Positions 10,718 through 21,143 are shown, counted from the first letter of the whole stretch. The stretch is DNA of 61,821 nucleotides, filler included, from a bacterium (GCA_037439705.1; 7 parts of 7 records of this genome joined end to end with filler, not necessarily neighbours in it); one strand, 5' to 3'. The notes: generated by a model from the letters alone, not told the origin. Numbers and translations are program-made.

Positions 10718-11766
10718 TGAAAACTGCAACCTTACCGCTTCACTATGGGGAGTGTCCAAAATGGCTGATGGAGAGGATGATAAGGCTTGGGAGGGCTATA
10801 TGTGAAGCGGTCGTGGTTTTTTATGGAAGGGACGAACTTTTGAGAAGGCTTTCGGACCCATTCTGGTTTCAATCCCTCGGCTGTATTCTCGGCTTTGACT
10901 GGCATTCAAGCGGAATTACCACAACTTTATGTGGTGCAATAAAGTTCGGTCTCGCTCCTGTTATGAACGAGCTCGGCGTTTATGTATGCGGAGGAAAGGG
11001 AAAATCCTCTTTGAGGACCCCAGAAGAGATTCTATTTTTTTGCGAAAAAAATGGATTTGATGGAGATTTTTTCGTAAAGATAAGCAGGCTCTCTGCAAAG
11101 GTTGATTCGGTCTGTCTTCAGGATGGATTTGAGCTCTATCATCACACATTCATATTTACAAAGGATGGAAAGTGGGCTGTAATACAGCAGGGTATGTGTC
11201 CTGAAATAAAAATGGCGAGAAGGTATCACTGGTTCAGTGATGATGTAAAGTCAATGGTTGAGGAACCACATTCTGCAATATGCTGTGATTTGAAAAGGCG
11301 CGCCTTAAACTTAATTCACAGGGATAGCAGAAGATTGAGGGAAAGGACCACCGACATAAAAGAACTGGCGATCGCCAATAGTGGCCTCTCCCTCATCATG
11401 CAAAAGGAACACAAAATAAGGGATAAAGGATTAAGGCTCAAAAAAATTGAGGAAACTGTAAGAACTGTTATTGAAAGGAACCCACAGACCTTTGAAGAAC
11501 TTTTGTTAATAAAGGGAATGGGAAAGGAAGGAATAAGGGCTCTTGTCCTCCTTGCGGAACTTATATTCGGAGAGAAACCATCATATGAAGACCCTGTCAG
11601 GTTCTCATTTGCCCACGGAGGAAAGGACGGTCATCCTTATAGAGTAAAAAGGGAGATTTATGACAACACAATTTCGTTTATGGAAGAGGTTTTGAGAAAG
11701 GCAAAGATAAATCCGGTTGAGAAAGACAGGGCTTTCAAATCACTGAAACTTTTCCTTCAGCAATAA
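10717..11766 (+). CDS. DUF763 family protein
   Basis: LPLHYG..PKWL, RLSDPFWFQSLGCILGFDWHSSGITT, QDGFELYHH, FSFAHGGKDGHPY. Confidence 0.85.
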   Translation: MKTATLPLHYGECPKWLMERMIRLGRAICEAVVVFYGRDELLRRLSDPFWFQSLGCILGFDWHSSGITTTLCGAIKFGLAPVMNELGVYVCGGKGKSSLRTPEEILFFCEKNGFDGDFFVKISRLSAKVDSVCLQDGFELYHHTFIFTKDGKWAVIQQGMCPEIKMARRYHWFSDDVKSMVEEPHSAICCDLKRRALNLIHRDSRRLRERTTDIKELAIANSGLSLIMQKEHKIRDKGLRLKKIEETVRTVIERNPQTFEELLLIKGMGKEGIRALVLLAELIFGEKPSYEDPVRFSFAHGGKDGHPYRVKREIYDNTISFMEEVLRKAKINPVEKDRAFKSLKLFLQQ

Positions 11767-11790
11767 AACCTCCCGGAATAGAATTTTGAA

Positions 11791-12642
11791 TTATTTTTTC
11801 AATAAACCTTCCACTTTTTTAATCAATTTTGGATATATTTTCTGAACAGATTGAATGAATTTTTTTATTTTCGTCCATTTGAGGTCTAAATACTCGTGGG
11901 CTATTATATTCCTCAATTTTGCAAATTCAGAAAATCTATCTGCTTCTTTTTCGTTGAAATTGAGATAAAAAACAGCAAAAACCTTTAAAGTGTCACGATA
12001 GCCCTGAGGGATCTCTTTTTTTTCTGAGGCCAGAATAATTTTGGCAATATCAATCGTTGCCATGACTATATTTTCTGCCCATCTTTCAACATTCCTCTGC
12101 TCCTTTAATTCATCCCTGTATTTTTCAAAAGTCAATTTTTTAAATTCCTCAATCTCAATCAATTCTCTTCTTAGAAAATTAAGCCTTTCTCTGATCCGGG
12201 TTTTGGCTTCAGGTAATAGAGATTTGGATTTTTTGCTGATTTCATAAAATTCTTCCACAAATTGATACCAGTCAAAGGCTTCATAACCTGCTTTACAGAG
12301 TAAATCATAATAAAGTTTGTAATTTTTAATTATAATGGGTAGTGAATTCACCAAAGCGCTATAGAGGACGCTTGCTTTCGCCCGATTCAAAACAACCAGA
12401 TCAAGGTTATCTGTTTCCAGAATATTAACCAAGTCTGACCAGAGATTTTTTTCCCTTTTATATTCTTTGATGGATTCTAATTCTAAATACTCTTTTGGTT
12501 TAAAATAGACCCCGATATCCCAGTCTGAGTCTTTACCTTCCAAACCCTTTGCACGGGAACCAAACAGAAAAGCCATCAAAACCTCTTTATTTTTTTGAAA
12601 ATACATTTTGAGTAATTCAATTTTCTCTAACTTCCTTTTCAT
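11791..12642 (-). CDS. Fused minimal nucleotidyltransferase (MntA-like) + HEPN/DUF86 RNase (HepT-like)
   Basis: N-terminal GS-X10-DXD (FGSRAKGLEGKDSDWD); C-terminal RX4HXY (RNIIAHEY). Confidence 0.88.
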   Translation of the reverse strand: MKRKLEKIELLKMYFQKNKEVLMAFLFGSRAKGLEGKDSDWDIGVYFKPKEYLELESIKEYKREKNLWSDLVNILETDNLDLVVLNRAKASVLYSALVNSLPIIIKNYKLYYDLLCKAGYEAFDWYQFVEEFYEISKKSKSLLPEAKTRIRERLNFLRRELIEIEEFKKLTFEKYRDELKEQRNVERWAENIVMATIDIAKIILASEKKEIPQGYRDTLKVFAVFYLNFNEKEADRFSEFAKLRNIIAHEYLDLKWTKIKKFIQSVQKIYPKLIKKVEGLLKK

Positions 12643-12767
12643 CCTTACAATTTTAACAATCTAAAATTTTTTCAATTTAGTCAAACACACAATCGTGACC
12701 TCTCTCTCCTTGAAGTGGAATAAAAATTAAATAAAATTTAAAAATGAATTAAAAAACGGGGTGATTT

Positions 12768-13925
12768 ATGAAACATCATTTCACCTCAGGCATAATAATT
12801 CTTTTAGTGCTTCTCCTATCAGGTTGTGAGGAAAGGGAACTGGTAATTCCGAAAAATCCGTGTCCTGATGTTCAGAACATCATTGATAATTACCGGGAAG
12901 GAGACATACTGATAAAGAGTGGATGCGAGGTTTTAATCTCAAAAAATTTAACCCTAAGAAATGGAAAAATGGAAATTGAAGAGGGTGCAGTTTTATACTT
13001 CAAAGACGCAGGACTTTATATAAACGAAGATGCTGAACTCATTGTGAGAGGGAGTGAAACAGGAATTGTTCTTTTCACATCCCAGTTTCTTGACCCATTA
13101 AGTGGAGACTGGAAGGGAATGGTTATAACAGGCTCTGCTGAGATTAATGGAGCAATTGTGGAGTATGCTGAAGATGGAATTTCTTTAAATGGCTACCTAA
13201 AAATGGATAACTCAGAAATAAGGGGAAACCTGTTTTATGGCTTGAGGATGAATAGTCTAAACGCCACATTTGATATAAATAGGTCAAAATTTTATGACAA
13301 TTTTTCAGGAGATATGTTTTTATTTTCAGATGCCTTAACCCTGCTTTCCCCTGGTCTTGAAATTGAATCTCAGATAGTTGTTGACGGAAGCGACGGGATT
13401 ATAAACAGCGGAGACTGGCAGGCATATAATTACCTTTTCATAAGTGATTTAGAAATAAATGGCGCATCTATAAATGTAAAATCAGGAGCAAAATTTTATG
13501 TTGACACCGGGCCGAACCTTCCATCCTATGAAATAAAGGTAAAGGATGGAGGAGCATTATTCATAAAAGGTGCATCCTTTGAGGCATGGGATATAAACTA
13601 CTGTTGGGGAGGAATAGTTTTTGAGGAAACCGCAAATCCGTCATCAATTCTTAATTCTAAAATATACGACGGAGGAAATGGTCTGTATGAAGCAAACATC
13701 TCTGTTTTTTCTGACCTCACCATTGAAAATTCAGAAATAGGTTACAGCTGCAGGGACGGGATTTATGTTGGAGAAGGGGGATACCTCTCAATGTCAGATT
13801 CTTCTGTTATAGATAATTACCGCTATGGAGTTTTTGTTGATTGTGAAGGAATTTTTGAGAATGCTGAAAATTATTTTTCAGGAAATTTGGAAGGAGATAT
13901 AGCCCTTCCTACAGTGTGTCCTTGA
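12768..13925 (+). CDS. Acidic lipoprotein with right-handed parallel beta-helix repeats
   Basis: Lipobox LLSGC; repeated GDWKGMVI/CWGGIVF and S-x-I..N..YG beta-helix-like turns. Confidence 0.7.
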   Translation: MKHHFTSGIIILLVLLLSGCEERELVIPKNPCPDVQNIIDNYREGDILIKSGCEVLISKNLTLRNGKMEIEEGAVLYFKDAGLYINEDAELIVRGSETGIVLFTSQFLDPLSGDWKGMVITGSAEINGAIVEYAEDGISLNGYLKMDNSEIRGNLFYGLRMNSLNATFDINRSKFYDNFSGDMFLFSDALTLLSPGLEIESQIVVDGSDGIINSGDWQAYNYLFISDLEINGASINVKSGAKFYVDTGPNLPSYEIKVKDGGALFIKGASFEAWDINYCWGGIVFEETANPSSILNSKIYDGGNGLYEANISVFSDLTIENSEIGYSCRDGIYVGEGGYLSMSDSSVIDNYRYGVFVDCEGIFENAENYFSGNLEGDIALPTVCP

Positions 13926-14748
13926 TTCCAATTTTTTCAAGAATGTCATTTAGATGTTCAATGCTTGAAAACCTGATGGACAAAACCCCATTTCCCGCTC
14001 TGGAAATTCCTATTCCCACCTTTGCCTGAAAAAACTCTTCTAATTTCCTTATTACCATCTTTAAATTCGGGTCTTCTTTCTTTTCTTCTTTTTTTTCTTT
14101 TCCTGAAAGAAGTTTCTCAAGGCTTCTCACAGACAAGGAATTTTTAACGACCCTTTCATAATATTTTATTGTCTCCCGTTCATTCTGTAAGGAAAGAAGG
14201 ATTTTGGCATGCCCCTCTGAAATTTTTCCTTGATATAATCCTTCAAGAACCTCAGAAGGAAGCTTTAAAAGCCTCATCCTATTTGCTACTGTTGCCCTGT
14301 CCTTTCCAACCCTTTCAGCAATCTCTTCCTGTGTCATTCCAAATTTCTCTTTTAGAACCCTGTAAGCCCTTGCTTCTTCTACAGGATTGAGGTCTTCCCT
14401 TTGAAGGTTTTCAATGAGGGCGAGTTCAAGGGATTCGTCCTCACTTACGGTTCTTATAAGGCATGGAACCTTTTTCAAACCTGCAATTTTTGCTGCCCTC
14501 CACCTCCTCTCTCCGGATATGAGTTCATAACCTGCTGGTGTTTTTCTAACTATAAGTGGTTCAAGTATTCCCCTTTCCTTTATGGTATTAGCAAGTTCCT
14601 TCAACTTTTGCTCGTCAAAATCCCTTCTTGGCTGATAGGGATTGGGTTTTATCTCATCCACATCCAGCTCCAGTATTTCCTCTTTTACCTCTTTTTTTGG
14701 AAGCAAAAGGGCTGAAAGCCCCCTGCCAAGTCCCTTTTTATCTTTCAT
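13909..14748 (-). CDS. parB: Chromosome partitioning protein ParB
   Basis: KGLGRGLSAL, PNPYQPRR, GERRWRAA, ENLQREDLNPVEEA, HTH. Confidence 0.96.
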   Translation of the reverse strand: MKDKKGLGRGLSALLLPKKEVKEEILELDVDEIKPNPYQPRRDFDEQKLKELANTIKERGILEPLIVRKTPAGYELISGERRWRAAKIAGLKKVPCLIRTVSEDESLELALIENLQREDLNPVEEARAYRVLKEKFGMTQEEIAERVGKDRATVANRMRLLKLPSEVLEGLYQGKISEGHAKILLSLQNERETIKYYERVVKNSLSVRSLEKLLSGKEKKEEKKEDPNLKMVIRKLEEFFQAKVGIGISRAGNGVLSIRFSSIEHLNDILEKIGIKDTL

Positions 14749-15511
14749 TTTCTATCCTCCTTATAAATTCCTCTGCAAGTTTTGTATATGCAATGGTTCC
14801 TGAAGAACTCGCATCATAAAGAAATATGGGCTTTCCGAAACTTGGAGCTTCAGAAAGCCTCACAGTCCTTGGAATAACTGTCCTGAATGTCTGTTTTGGA
14901 AAAAACTTTCTAACCTCCTCCTCAACCTGTTTTGAAAGGTTTGTCCTTCCATCAAACATGGTTAAGACTATTCCGAGAATTTTCAATTCAGGATTCATCC
15001 CCTCCTTCACAATCTCAATGGTATTCATCAGCTTTGAAAGCCCTTCAAGGGCATAGTATTCGCACTGAAGCGGTATGAGAACCATCTGACCACCAACCAG
15101 TGCATTTACGGTTAAAAGCCCGAGGGATGGAGGACAGTCTATAAAAATGAAATCAAAACCCGTTAATCCCTCAAGTCTTTTTGAAAGGATGAAGTGTTTG
15201 TCTTCCGTTGAAGAAAATTCAACCTCAAATCCTACAAGGTCAATTCCTGAGGGAATGAGAAACAGATTTTCAACCTCTGTTCTCTTGATGACCTTTTCAG
15301 TAGGCATTTCCCCCAAGAGAAATCTGTAGGAAATTGGCACCTGCTCAAATCCCAGGCCAGCTGTGGCATTTGCCTGGGGGTCCATGTCTATGAGCAAAAC
15401 CCTTTTTCCTCCCACTGCAAGGGAGGCACCGAGATTTATAGCAGTTGTGGTTTTTCCAACCCCTCCCTTCTGATTCGCTATTACAATCCTTATTCCTTCT
15501 CCAGAACCCAT
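14738..15511 (-). CDS. parA: Chromosome partitioning ATPase ParA/Soj
   Basis: NQKGGVGKTTT, DMDPQANAT, IDCPPSLG, QCEYYALEG, LSEAPSFG. Confidence 0.96.
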   Translation of the reverse strand: MGSGEGIRIVIANQKGGVGKTTTAINLGASLAVGGKRVLLIDMDPQANATAGLGFEQVPISYRFLLGEMPTEKVIKRTEVENLFLIPSGIDLVGFEVEFSSTEDKHFILSKRLEGLTGFDFIFIDCPPSLGLLTVNALVGGQMVLIPLQCEYYALEGLSKLMNTIEIVKEGMNPELKILGIVLTMFDGRTNLSKQVEEEVRKFFPKQTFRTVIPRTVRLSEAPSFGKPIFLYDASSSGTIAYTKLAEEFIRRIENER

Positions 15512-16128
15512 ATCTTTCTCTCACCCATATTATCAGGAAGAGAATAGGATTCAATCAGAACTTCCTTAAGGTTAAGTTCTTTGAGGCTATTCCTGTAGTA
15601 TTCGGGTTCCTGGTTTTTTCCGAGCATATATACAATCCTTCCATTCTTCTTTGCGTAGGGATATGCAATTTCAAGAAAGGTTTCAGGTGATGCAACCGCC
15701 CTCCCTATCACCACATCAACCGTCTCCTTCATTATGGAGGAAAAGTTCTTATCATCTGCCCTCTGATGTATTGCCCTTGCGTTTTTGAGGGAAAGAAGCC
15801 TTATTATGTGATTCAGAAAGGCAACCCTTTTTTCAGAAGCCTCAAGCATCACAACCCTTAAAGAGTTTTCAACAATTTTTAAAGGAATGGATGGAAATCC
15901 CGCTCCCGCACCTATATCCATCAAAAATGTTCCACGTGGAACAATTTTGAGGGCATGAAGGGAATCAACGATATGTTTTATCTCCATTTCTCTTTCATCT
16001 TTTATGGATGTGAGGTTTATTTTTTTCGTCCACCTTTTAAGTTCTGAGAGAAAAATGGAAAATGCTTTTTCTATCTCTTCATTCCATCCGTAGCCTGTGA
16101 GAATAAGAAAATCCTTTATATACCTCAA
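15490..16128 (-). CDS. rsmG: 16S rRNA m7G527 methyltransferase RsmG (probable TTG start at 16128 overlapping the mnmG stop)
   Basis: [26 protein letters not shown]; sits between mnmG and parA. Confidence 0.93.
   Translation of the reverse strand: MRYIKDFLILTGYGWNEEIEKAFSIFLSELKRWTKKINLTSIKDEREMEIKHIVDSLHALKIVPRGTFLMDIGAGAGFPSIPLKIVENSLRVVMLEASEKRVAFLNHIIRLLSLKNARAIHQRADDKNFSSIMKETVDVVIGRAVASPETFLEIAYPYAKKNGRIVYMLGKNQEPEYYRNSLKELNLKEVLIESYSLPDNMGERKIWVLEKE
15928..15943. promoter_or_regulatory. parS: parS centromere-like site
   Basis: Perfect 16-bp palindrome TGTTCCACGTGGAACA matching the chromosomal parS consensus, about 0.4 kb from parA. Confidence 0.9.
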
Positions 16129-17966
16129 GTTCTTTCTTCCTTTCTTTTTAGATAAACAGAAAGTATATTTAAAACAGCAGGGGTCATTCCTTCCATCTCC
16201 ATCACCTCTCCTAATGTCTTTGGTCTTCTCCTTTCCAATTTCTCCCACACCTCCTTCCTCAATCCAGGAATTCCCCTGAATGAGAAGTCATCGGGTATTC
16301 TCACTGCTTCCATCTTCTTTATCTTTTCCATCTGCTCCATTTCTCTTTTTATGTATCCTTCATACTTCATTTCTATCTCCACTTCCTCAACTATATCTTC
16401 TCCAAAATTTTTTATGTCCATCGCTTCAAGAACCTTTAAAAGGCTCACATCGGGTCTCCTTATGAACTCCTTCAATGTCATAGGCTTATTTATGGGAATT
16501 CCATTAAAGGAAGGGGGGTAGATTTTCTTTTCATTCAGAAATTCTCTTAAATCATTTATCCCTTTTACCTTCTTCAAAAACTCATTATATACTTCATCCT
16601 TAACAAGTCCAACCTTTCTTCCTATCTCCCTCAATCTAAGATCTGCATTATCCTCCCTCAAAAGGAGCCTGAATTCAGCCCTTGATGTGAAAAGCCTGTA
16701 GGGTTCGGTCACATCCTTTGTTATGAGGTCATCTATCATAACTCCTATGTATGCCCTTGACCTCTCTATTATCACTTCTTCTCCTCCGAGAACCTTCATC
16801 GCTGCATTTATGCCCGCTACTATACCCTGTCCACCTGCCTCTTCATACCCTGATGTTCCATTTATCTGTCCTGCAAGATATAAACCCTCTATTTTTTTTG
16901 TTTCAAGGGTGGGCTTTAATTCTGTAGGATGGACAAAGTCGTACTCAATTGCATAACCCGGTCTCAAAATTTTTACCCTTTCAAGCCCCGGAATTTCTCT
17001 CAGCATTTTTATCTGAACATCTACGGGAAGGCTTGTTGAAACACCATTGGGATAAAACTCAATGGAATCGTATCCTTCAGGCTCAATGAAAACCTGATGC
17101 CTCTCCTTTTCAGGAAACTTTACAACCTTATCCTCAATGGAAGGACAGTACCTTGGTCCTATTCCCTTTATAATCCCTGAATATAAAGGAGACCTGTCAA
17201 GGTTTTTCCTTATTATTTCATGAACCCTTTCATTTGTATAGGTGATATAACAGGGAACCTGTTTTCTTTCTATCTTTCTGGTGCTGAAAGAAAAAGGTTT
17301 TGGAGGGTCATCCGGTGGCTGAATCTCCATGGACGAAAAATCTATTGTTCTTCCATCAAGCCTTGGAGGGGTTCCGGTTTTCAGTCTTCCCATTTTAAAT
17401 CCAAGTTTTCTCAGAGATTCTGCAAGACCTATTGATGGAGGGTCGCCTGCCCTTCCCGCAGGATATCTATTCAATCCAATATGAATGAGTCCGTTGAGAA
17501 ATGTTCCTGTTGTTACTATCACACACCTTGCCGGAATGAAGGCTCCAAAATTTGTAATTATTCCCTTTACCTTTCCGTTTTCAACGCATATTTCCTCTGC
17601 AAAACCCTGGAGCAGGGTTAAATTCTTTTCGGACTCAAGGACCTTTCTCATCCTTTCTCTGTAAGCCTTTCTATCCGCCTGTGCTCTTGATGAACGAACA
17701 GCAACCCCCTTTTTTGTATTTATTCTTCTGAACTGAATCCCTGTATTATCAATGTTTATTGCCATCTCGCCACCCAGGGCATCTATTTCTTTTACAAGAT
17801 GCCCCTTTGCAACTCCACCTATCGCGGGATTGCAGGACATCTGGGCTATCTTATCAAGGTCTATGGTTATGAGGAGGGTCTTAACCCCTATCCTTGCGCA
17901 TGCAAGCGCAGCCTCGCACCCTCCATGTCCACCGCCTATTACAATTACATCAAATTTCTCTTCCAT
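16125..17966 (-). CDS. mnmG: tRNA uridine-5-carboxymethylaminomethyl modification enzyme MnmG (start [13 protein letters not shown])
   Basis: [53 protein letters not shown]. Confidence 0.97.
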   Translation of the reverse strand: MEEKFDVIVIGGGHGGCEAALACARIGVKTLLITIDLDKIAQMSCNPAIGGVAKGHLVKEIDALGGEMAINIDNTGIQFRRINTKKGVAVRSSRAQADRKAYRERMRKVLESEKNLTLLQGFAEEICVENGKVKGIITNFGAFIPARCVIVTTGTFLNGLIHIGLNRYPAGRAGDPPSIGLAESLRKLGFKMGRLKTGTPPRLDGRTIDFSSMEIQPPDDPPKPFSFSTRKIERKQVPCYITYTNERVHEIIRKNLDRSPLYSGIIKGIGPRYCPSIEDKVVKFPEKERHQVFIEPEGYDSIEFYPNGVSTSLPVDVQIKMLREIPGLERVKILRPGYAIEYDFVHPTELKPTLETKKIEGLYLAGQINGTSGYEEAGGQGIVAGINAAMKVLGGEEVIIERSRAYIGVMIDDLITKDVTEPYRLFTSRAEFRLLLREDNADLRLREIGRKVGLVKDEVYNEFLKKVKGINDLREFLNEKKIYPPSFNGIPINKPMTLKEFIRRPDVSLLKVLEAMDIKNFGEDIVEEVEIEMKYEGYIKREMEQMEKIKKMEAVRIPDDFSFRGIPGLRKEVWEKLERRRPKTLGEVMEMEGMTPAVLNILSVYLKRKEERT

Positions 17967-18221
17967 AAGAACTATTTTCCAAAAAATGGGTGAAGAATTC
18001 AAATTTTCATTTATTATGCTATTTTTGAACAATTTCGCTAACAAAACCCTCTCTCTTTCTCGAAAAGTTAAGATATGCGCTACATTAAGGAGGGAGAGGG
18101 AAGTATTGATGAGCTCGTAGATACAATTTCTTCCATACTGGAACAGATGTTTTATATGGGTGGAGAGAACGGTGAAAAGTGAGCATTAAAAGGTAATTGT
18201 TAAAAATAACCCATCTTTTTC

Positions 18222-18321
18222 NNNNNNNNNNNNNNNNNNNNNNNNNNNNNNNNNNNNNNNNNNNNTTAATTAATTAANNNNNNNNNNNNNNNNNNNNNNN
18301 NNNNNNNNNNNNNNNNNNNNN
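18222..18321. other. Artificial contig linker
   Basis: N44-TTAATTAATTAA-N44. Confidence 0.98.
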
Positions 18322-18570
18322 AGGGACATAAGAAGGGCTATAAAACTATTTCTGAAATTAGTGGAGTATGGACCGATTTTTACTAAATTCAAGAAATTTA
18401 CCTCCCTTTCAGAAAAGGAGAGGCAGGAATTTTTGGAAAAATGGGAGAAAAGCAGAATTGCTTTGAAAAGGCACATAATAATTGCTCTAAAGGGGTTCAT
18501 CATGCTCACCTATTACAATCACAGGCTTGTCAGGGAAAAACTGGGTTTCAGATTTAAGTGCGATGAGTAA
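18322..18570 (+). CDS. 3' half of a gluconate-2-dehydrogenase subunit-3-like protein (5' half at 35694-35898)
   Basis: 55-bp exact overlap with the end of contig 4; FTSLSEKERQEFLEKW...LKGFIMLTYY pattern; directly upstream of a GMC oxidoreductase. Confidence 0.75.
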   Translation, partial: RDIRRAIKLFLKLVEYGPIFTKFKKFTSLSEKERQEFLEKWEKSRIALKRHIIIALKGFIMLTYYNHRLVREKLGFRFKCDE

Positions 18571-20074
18571 AGGAAATATATATAAACCGGAGGACTTCAG
18601 AACAGATGTAGAAGGATTTTATGATGTGATTGTGGTGGGTTCTGGTGCAGGAGGGGCTGTTATTTCTCAGGTTTTGACAAAAGGAGGAAAAAAGGTTGCG
18701 ATTATTGAAGAGGGAAGGTATTTCACATTGAAGGATTACAAATCCGATTATTTCTTTGCAATAAAAAGGATGTACAGGGATGGTGGTTCAACAATTGCCC
18801 TTGCTCTTCCTGGAAAACCTCCGATTGCTGTTCCCCTCGGAAGGTGTGTGGGTGGGACGACGGTTATAAATTCAGGCACATGTTTTCGGATTCCGGAAAG
18901 GGTTGTAGATAAATGGAATGAGGAAGAGGGTCTTCAAATAGATAAAATCCAGATTCAAAGGTTTTATGAGGAGATTGAAAGAAGGATTTCTGTTGAGAGG
19001 GTTTCTGATGATGTTCTCGGCGAAAATGCAAAAATTGTCCGAAAGGGAGCGGACGCTCTCGGCATAAAGTCATATCCGTTAAAAAGAAATATAAGAGGAT
19101 GTGAGGGTTGTGGAAGGTGTGCTTTCGGATGCCCGAAGGATGCAAAGCAGGCAATGCACATCACGTATATTCCGGATGCGGTAGAGGGAGGAGCAGACCT
19201 TTTTACAGGTACAAGGGCTGACAGGATAATTTTCAAGAATGACAGGGCTTTAGGCATAGAGGCAACTGCATTTGATGAAGAAGGTTATCCCTTACATAAA
19301 TGCTTTTTTTACGGAAATGTGATTGTTATTTCCTGTGGAGCGATTTTCACTCCTGTTTTATTCATTAGAAGCGGGATAAAATCAAAAAGCGGGCTCATAG
19401 GGAAGAATTTGAAACTCCATCCAGCCATAAGGGTTGCTGCTGAATTTGAAAAAGAGGTAAATGGGTGGATAGGTGTTCCTCAGGGGCTTTTCATAGACGA
19501 ATTTCTTGAAAAGGAAGGAATCATTTTTGAAGGAGCATTTGTTCCGCCTGATATGTTTTCAATAAGCCTTCCATATATTGGTCTCAAGCATAAGGCTTTG
19601 ATGGAAAGATATAAACACATGTCCACCTTCGGAGCAATGGTTTCAGACACCTCTTCGGGAGTGGTAATGGGATACAGGGCATTAGTTTTTTATCACTTGA
19701 ACAATTTTGACACAATGAGGTTGAAGAGGGCAGTTGAAATACTTTCTGAGATATATTTTTCAGCAGGTGCAAAGAGGGTATTTACGGGAATATACGCAAT
19801 GCCAGAAATAAATAGAAATTCCTTTTATGCCTTCAAAAATCTGAGGGTTAAACCATCTTACATTGAATCCATGGCATTTCATCCAATGGGGACAATGAGA
19901 ATGTCTTCATCTCCATCAAGGGGGGTCACTGGAAGATTTGGAGAGGTTCATGGTTTTAGGAACCTTTTCGTTGCGGATGCGAGCATATTCCCTTCATCCC
20001 TCGGTGTCAATCCGATGGAGGGGATTATGGCATTTTCAATGAGAACAGGAGATTATATATTGAACAGGTTTTAA
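18563..20074 (+). CDS. GMC family FAD oxidoreductase
   Basis: DVIVVGSGAGG, GRCVGGTTVINSG, CEGCGRCAFGCP, HPMGTMRM, DASIFPSSLGVNP. Confidence 0.92.
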   Translation: MSKGNIYKPEDFRTDVEGFYDVIVVGSGAGGAVISQVLTKGGKKVAIIEEGRYFTLKDYKSDYFFAIKRMYRDGGSTIALALPGKPPIAVPLGRCVGGTTVINSGTCFRIPERVVDKWNEEEGLQIDKIQIQRFYEEIERRISVERVSDDVLGENAKIVRKGADALGIKSYPLKRNIRGCEGCGRCAFGCPKDAKQAMHITYIPDAVEGGADLFTGTRADRIIFKNDRALGIEATAFDEEGYPLHKCFFYGNVIVISCGAIFTPVLFIRSGIKSKSGLIGKNLKLHPAIRVAAEFEKEVNGWIGVPQGLFIDEFLEKEGIIFEGAFVPPDMFSISLPYIGLKHKALMERYKHMSTFGAMVSDTSSGVVMGYRALVFYHLNNFDTMRLKRAVEILSEIYFSAGAKRVFTGIYAMPEINRNSFYAFKNLRVKPSYIESMAFHPMGTMRMSSSPSRGVTGRFGEVHGFRNLFVADASIFPSSLGVNPMEGIMAFSMRTGDYILNRF

Positions 20075-20150
20075 AGAGCATTAAAAATTTCTTTTGAAAA
20101 TTAGTTTTGGGAAGTGTAAAATTATTTTATGAACAAAAAGATGTGAAAAA

Positions 20151-20558
20151 ATGATAAAGACAGGTTTACTATTCTTCGGTTGTGTAATTGCTTTTGAAGC
20201 AGGGGCAAAAGAGATCCCCTTCACTCAAGAGGATAGGGAGAGACTCATAAGGCTCGAGGCTGTGATGAGTGAGTTCAAAGATTCAGTGGACAAAAGATTT
20301 GAGCAGATGGACAAAAGATTTGAGGAATTCAGAAACTATATGGACAAAAGATTTGAGCAGTTAATAACATTTCTCTGGATACTCTCAGCCATATTTGTGG
20401 GGATTGTAGCGGTGACCATTGCCTTTGCTCTATGGGACCGGAGGACAATAATAAAGCCTTTTGAGGAGAAGTTAACGCGGTTTATTTCTGTTTTAAAGGA
20501 GCTCGCAAAAACTGATGAGAAGCTGGCAGAGGCTTTAAGGAAATTTGGGTTTTTATAA
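20151..20558 (+). CDS. Small coiled-coil membrane protein with DKRFE repeats
   Basis: Signal-like N-terminus, three (V/M)DKRFE units, one TM helix. Confidence 0.7.
   Translation: MIKTGLLFFGCVIAFEAGAKEIPFTQEDRERLIRLEAVMSEFKDSVDKRFEQMDKRFEEFRNYMDKRFEQLITFLWILSAIFVGIVAVTIAFALWDRRTIIKPFEEKLTRFISVLKELAKTDEKLAEALRKFGFL
20287..20360 (+). repeat. Three copies of TGGACAAAAGATTTGAG
   Basis: Exact 17-mers at 20287, 20308 and 20341 within the CDS. Confidence 0.9.
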
Positions 20559-20621
20559 TAAAACTTCACTACCTGTAGGTTAAAAAACGAAATTCTATAA
20601 CTTCCAAATCTCTCTTGAACT

Positions 20622-21143
20622 TTAAGGAAAAACTATTTCCTCTTTGTCATTTCCAAGTTTGGTTACCTTTAAGGGTTCATTGTAAAATTTTCCTACACTT
20701 TTTATCAGGGCTACCATTAAATCAATCAAATTCCTCTTTGATTGGTACCCCATAATTATGGTTTTGTCATTTTTCCATTCATATGAAAACCTTGGTGGAT
20801 GTGCACCTGGGAGGTCTTTAGTAGTGCTAGAATGAGCATAATCCATAAGCAACAGAAATTCCTTGGCATTTTTTGCTCGGTCAAAATATGATTTATAAAA
20901 TCTCGGAGCATATACATTTATCCAGTATTCAGCGAATTCTTCGCAGACCTGTTCAAATGAGATTTTTAAAACATTCATTATAGAATTCACAATCTCCATA
21001 AAAATTGAATCATCAACATCTGTTACATGCAGAAGCAGAGGTTCTTTTTCAATCTCGGCATTCTTCAAAATTTCTTTCCATTTCCCTTCACCAAATTTTT
21101 TAATTATCATTTCTTTTACACATATCACAATTACTCCCTTCCT
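20622..21143 (-). CDS. Heme NO/O2-binding (H-NOX) domain protein; expected start codon reads AGG
   Basis: (M)KGVIV N-terminus after a GGAGG RBS; proximal His (MDYAH), PGAHPPRF, YxSxR (YQSKR). Confidence 0.85.
   Translation of the reverse strand, partial: RKGVIVICVKEMIIKKFGEGKWKEILKNAEIEKEPLLLHVTDVDDSIFMEIVNSIMNVLKISFEQVCEEFAEYWINVYAPRFYKSYFDRAKNAKEFLLLMDYAHSSTTKDLPGAHPPRFSYEWKNDKTIIMGYQSKRNLIDLMVALIKSVGKFYNEPLKVTKLGNDKEEIVFP

Noticed and set aside
16129-16248. Long N-terminal extension of rsmG in the ORF track
   Set aside because: It overlaps mnmG; a TTG at 16128 gives a normal-length protein
17967-18221. Possible oriC upstream of mnmG, and a 35-aa plus-strand ORF (MRYIKEGEG...)
   Set aside because: No clear DnaA boxes seen; the ORF is short with no recognisable family
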